Of a stretch of DNA of 64,000 nt, positions 62,740 to 64,000 are shown in pieces. The DNA is from Pristiophorus japonicus (Eukaryota): the NCBI RefSeq assembly GCF_044704955.1, contig NC_091989.1, forward strand, positions 44,702,001 to 44,766,000. The letters are read 5' to 3'. Below the pieces are notes generated by a model. It was given only the letters and a program-made list of their open reading frames with translations. It was not told where the DNA came from and made no database searches. The first letter of the stretch is position 1, and each line of letters begins with the position of its first letter. Position numbers and translations under genes: made by a program.

Positions 62740-63685
62740 TCAGGCATCAGTAAAGCATTCACGGATGAACTGGTGGTGCAAGGCTCGAGCAATTGTTAAA
62801 GGAGCAGGATGGCTCGCCCTCCTCCACTGTCATGCTCCGGCCTCAGGCACTTGCATGGCTTCCTCATCCCCGACGCCGTCCTCCTACTCCTCCTCCTCCT
62901 CCTCCTCTTCCTGCTCGTCACCTGCACCTTCCACATCATTATCATCAGCCACTCTCACCACATGTGGGTCTTCTACTATCAGCTGCTGCTGCCTCATGAT
63001 GGCTAAGTTATGCAGCATGCAGCACACAACAGTGAACTGACCGACAATCTCAGGGGAGTACAGCAAGTAGCCTCCGGAATGGTCCAAGCATCGGAAACGC
63101 TGTTTCAAAATGCCAATGGTCCTCTCTATGATGCTGCGTGGCGCAATGTGCGACATGTTGTATGACCGGTCAGCTTTTGTCCGGATTACGCGTAGGGGCA
63201 TCATGAGCCAGGTGGCGAGGCCGTACCCTTTGTCTCCCAGTAGCCAGCTCTGCCCTTCTGGCTGCTGCTGAAACATGGCAGATATAACGCTGTCGCGTAG
63301 GATGAACGCATCATGGGTGCTCCCAGGGTATCTTGCATCGACTGACATGAAATGATGCATGTCGTCACACACGAGCTGCACATTAATGGAGTGGAAGCCT
63401 TTTCTGTTCCTGTACATCTCGGAATCCTTCAAAGGTGCTCGCAAGGCGATGTGGGTACAATTAATGCAGCTCTGTACCTTTGGAAAGCCATCAATTCTGG
63501 AGAAGCCCACAGCCCTGTCACGCATTGCTTGGGTGGTCATGGGGAACTTTATGTAGTCATTCCTATGCACGTGACCTGGCTAATGGAGACATGTGTTGCA
63601 TGTTGAGAGATGGAGCACATATCCCCAGTTGCAGCTTGAAACGATCCAGAGGCATAGATGAAAGTGCAGCTGTAACCTTCACTTC
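62740..63685 (-). pseudogene. HARBI1-like DDE transposase, inactivated
   Basis: GFPKVQSCINCTH (first D changed to N), YRNRKGFHSINVQ, PGSTHD, LLGDKGY, IERTIGILKQRFRCL, CCMLHN. Confidence 0.95.
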
Positions 63686-64000
63686 TGTCATGTATTCAAC
63701 TATCATTGTAACCCATGTATAAGCTGACATAAGTTTTACACCTTGAGAACATTGACCACAAGGGGGTGAACTTGTGGGAGACACTCCTAACCTGGACGTT
63801 CAGGTATAAAAGTGGAAGCTCCACCCACCTTCTTCACTTGAGGCCTTGGTAATAAAGGTAACTGGTCACAGAGTGATCTTCTCTCAAGTATGGGCTGTTT
63901 ATACTGTATAGTAAGGACTTATAATTGGCGACAAGAAATTGGGATTTAAACCACACGAACATGGCCACTAGCAGCACAGAAGAGAGGTACTGTGTTGGTG
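63686..64000 (+). mobile_element. 5' LTR (63686 to about 63924), PBS and gag start of a second Gypsy element
   Basis: Starts TGTCATG; TATAAAA and AATAAA inside; tggcgacaag PBS at 63926; ATG at 63961 (MATSSTEERYCVG). Confidence 0.8.

Larger units (their letters stand above)
60452..63685. mobile_element. Autonomous-type PIF/Harbinger transposon H3 (Myb + transposase, convergent); right part lies beyond the Gypsy insertion and window end
   Basis: Left TIR gggctcaattttcc; both genes present. Confidence 0.92.

Noticed and set aside
60817-63685. Domesticated host genes NAIF1/HARBI1
   Set aside because: They lie inside a TIR-bounded element that interrupts a CR1 and carry frameshifts, stops and a Gypsy insertion

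Overview
Eukaryotic, repeat-dense genomic DNA, most likely from a cartilaginous fish (shark). This is inferred from SacSINE1-type DeuSINEs, esterase-ORF1 CR1 LINEs and Penelope elements. No prokaryotic system, rRNA, tRNA gene or CRISPR is present, and no host gene can be named; only weak candidate exons near 23.1 and 44.8 kb were seen. Most ORFs are decayed transposon genes or their antisense shadows. Main contents: (1) about 10 CR1 LINE copies, including one whose 5' end is an array of 70-bp monomers; (2) a near-complete Gypsy LTR retrotransposon nested three levels deep; (3) three divergent PIF/Harbinger transposons with the same 3-exon Myb/SANT (NAIF1-like) gene, two of which lost most or all of the transposase; (4) about 10 Harbinger-type MITEs with non-TWA 3-bp TSDs; (5) an inverted Penelope element flanked by a 9-bp TSD, plus short Penelope termini carrying a minimal hammerhead ribozyme motif; (6) DeuSINEs and L2 fragments. 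Coordinates of degraded repeats are approximate, and family names come from recognition of motifs, not from a database search.
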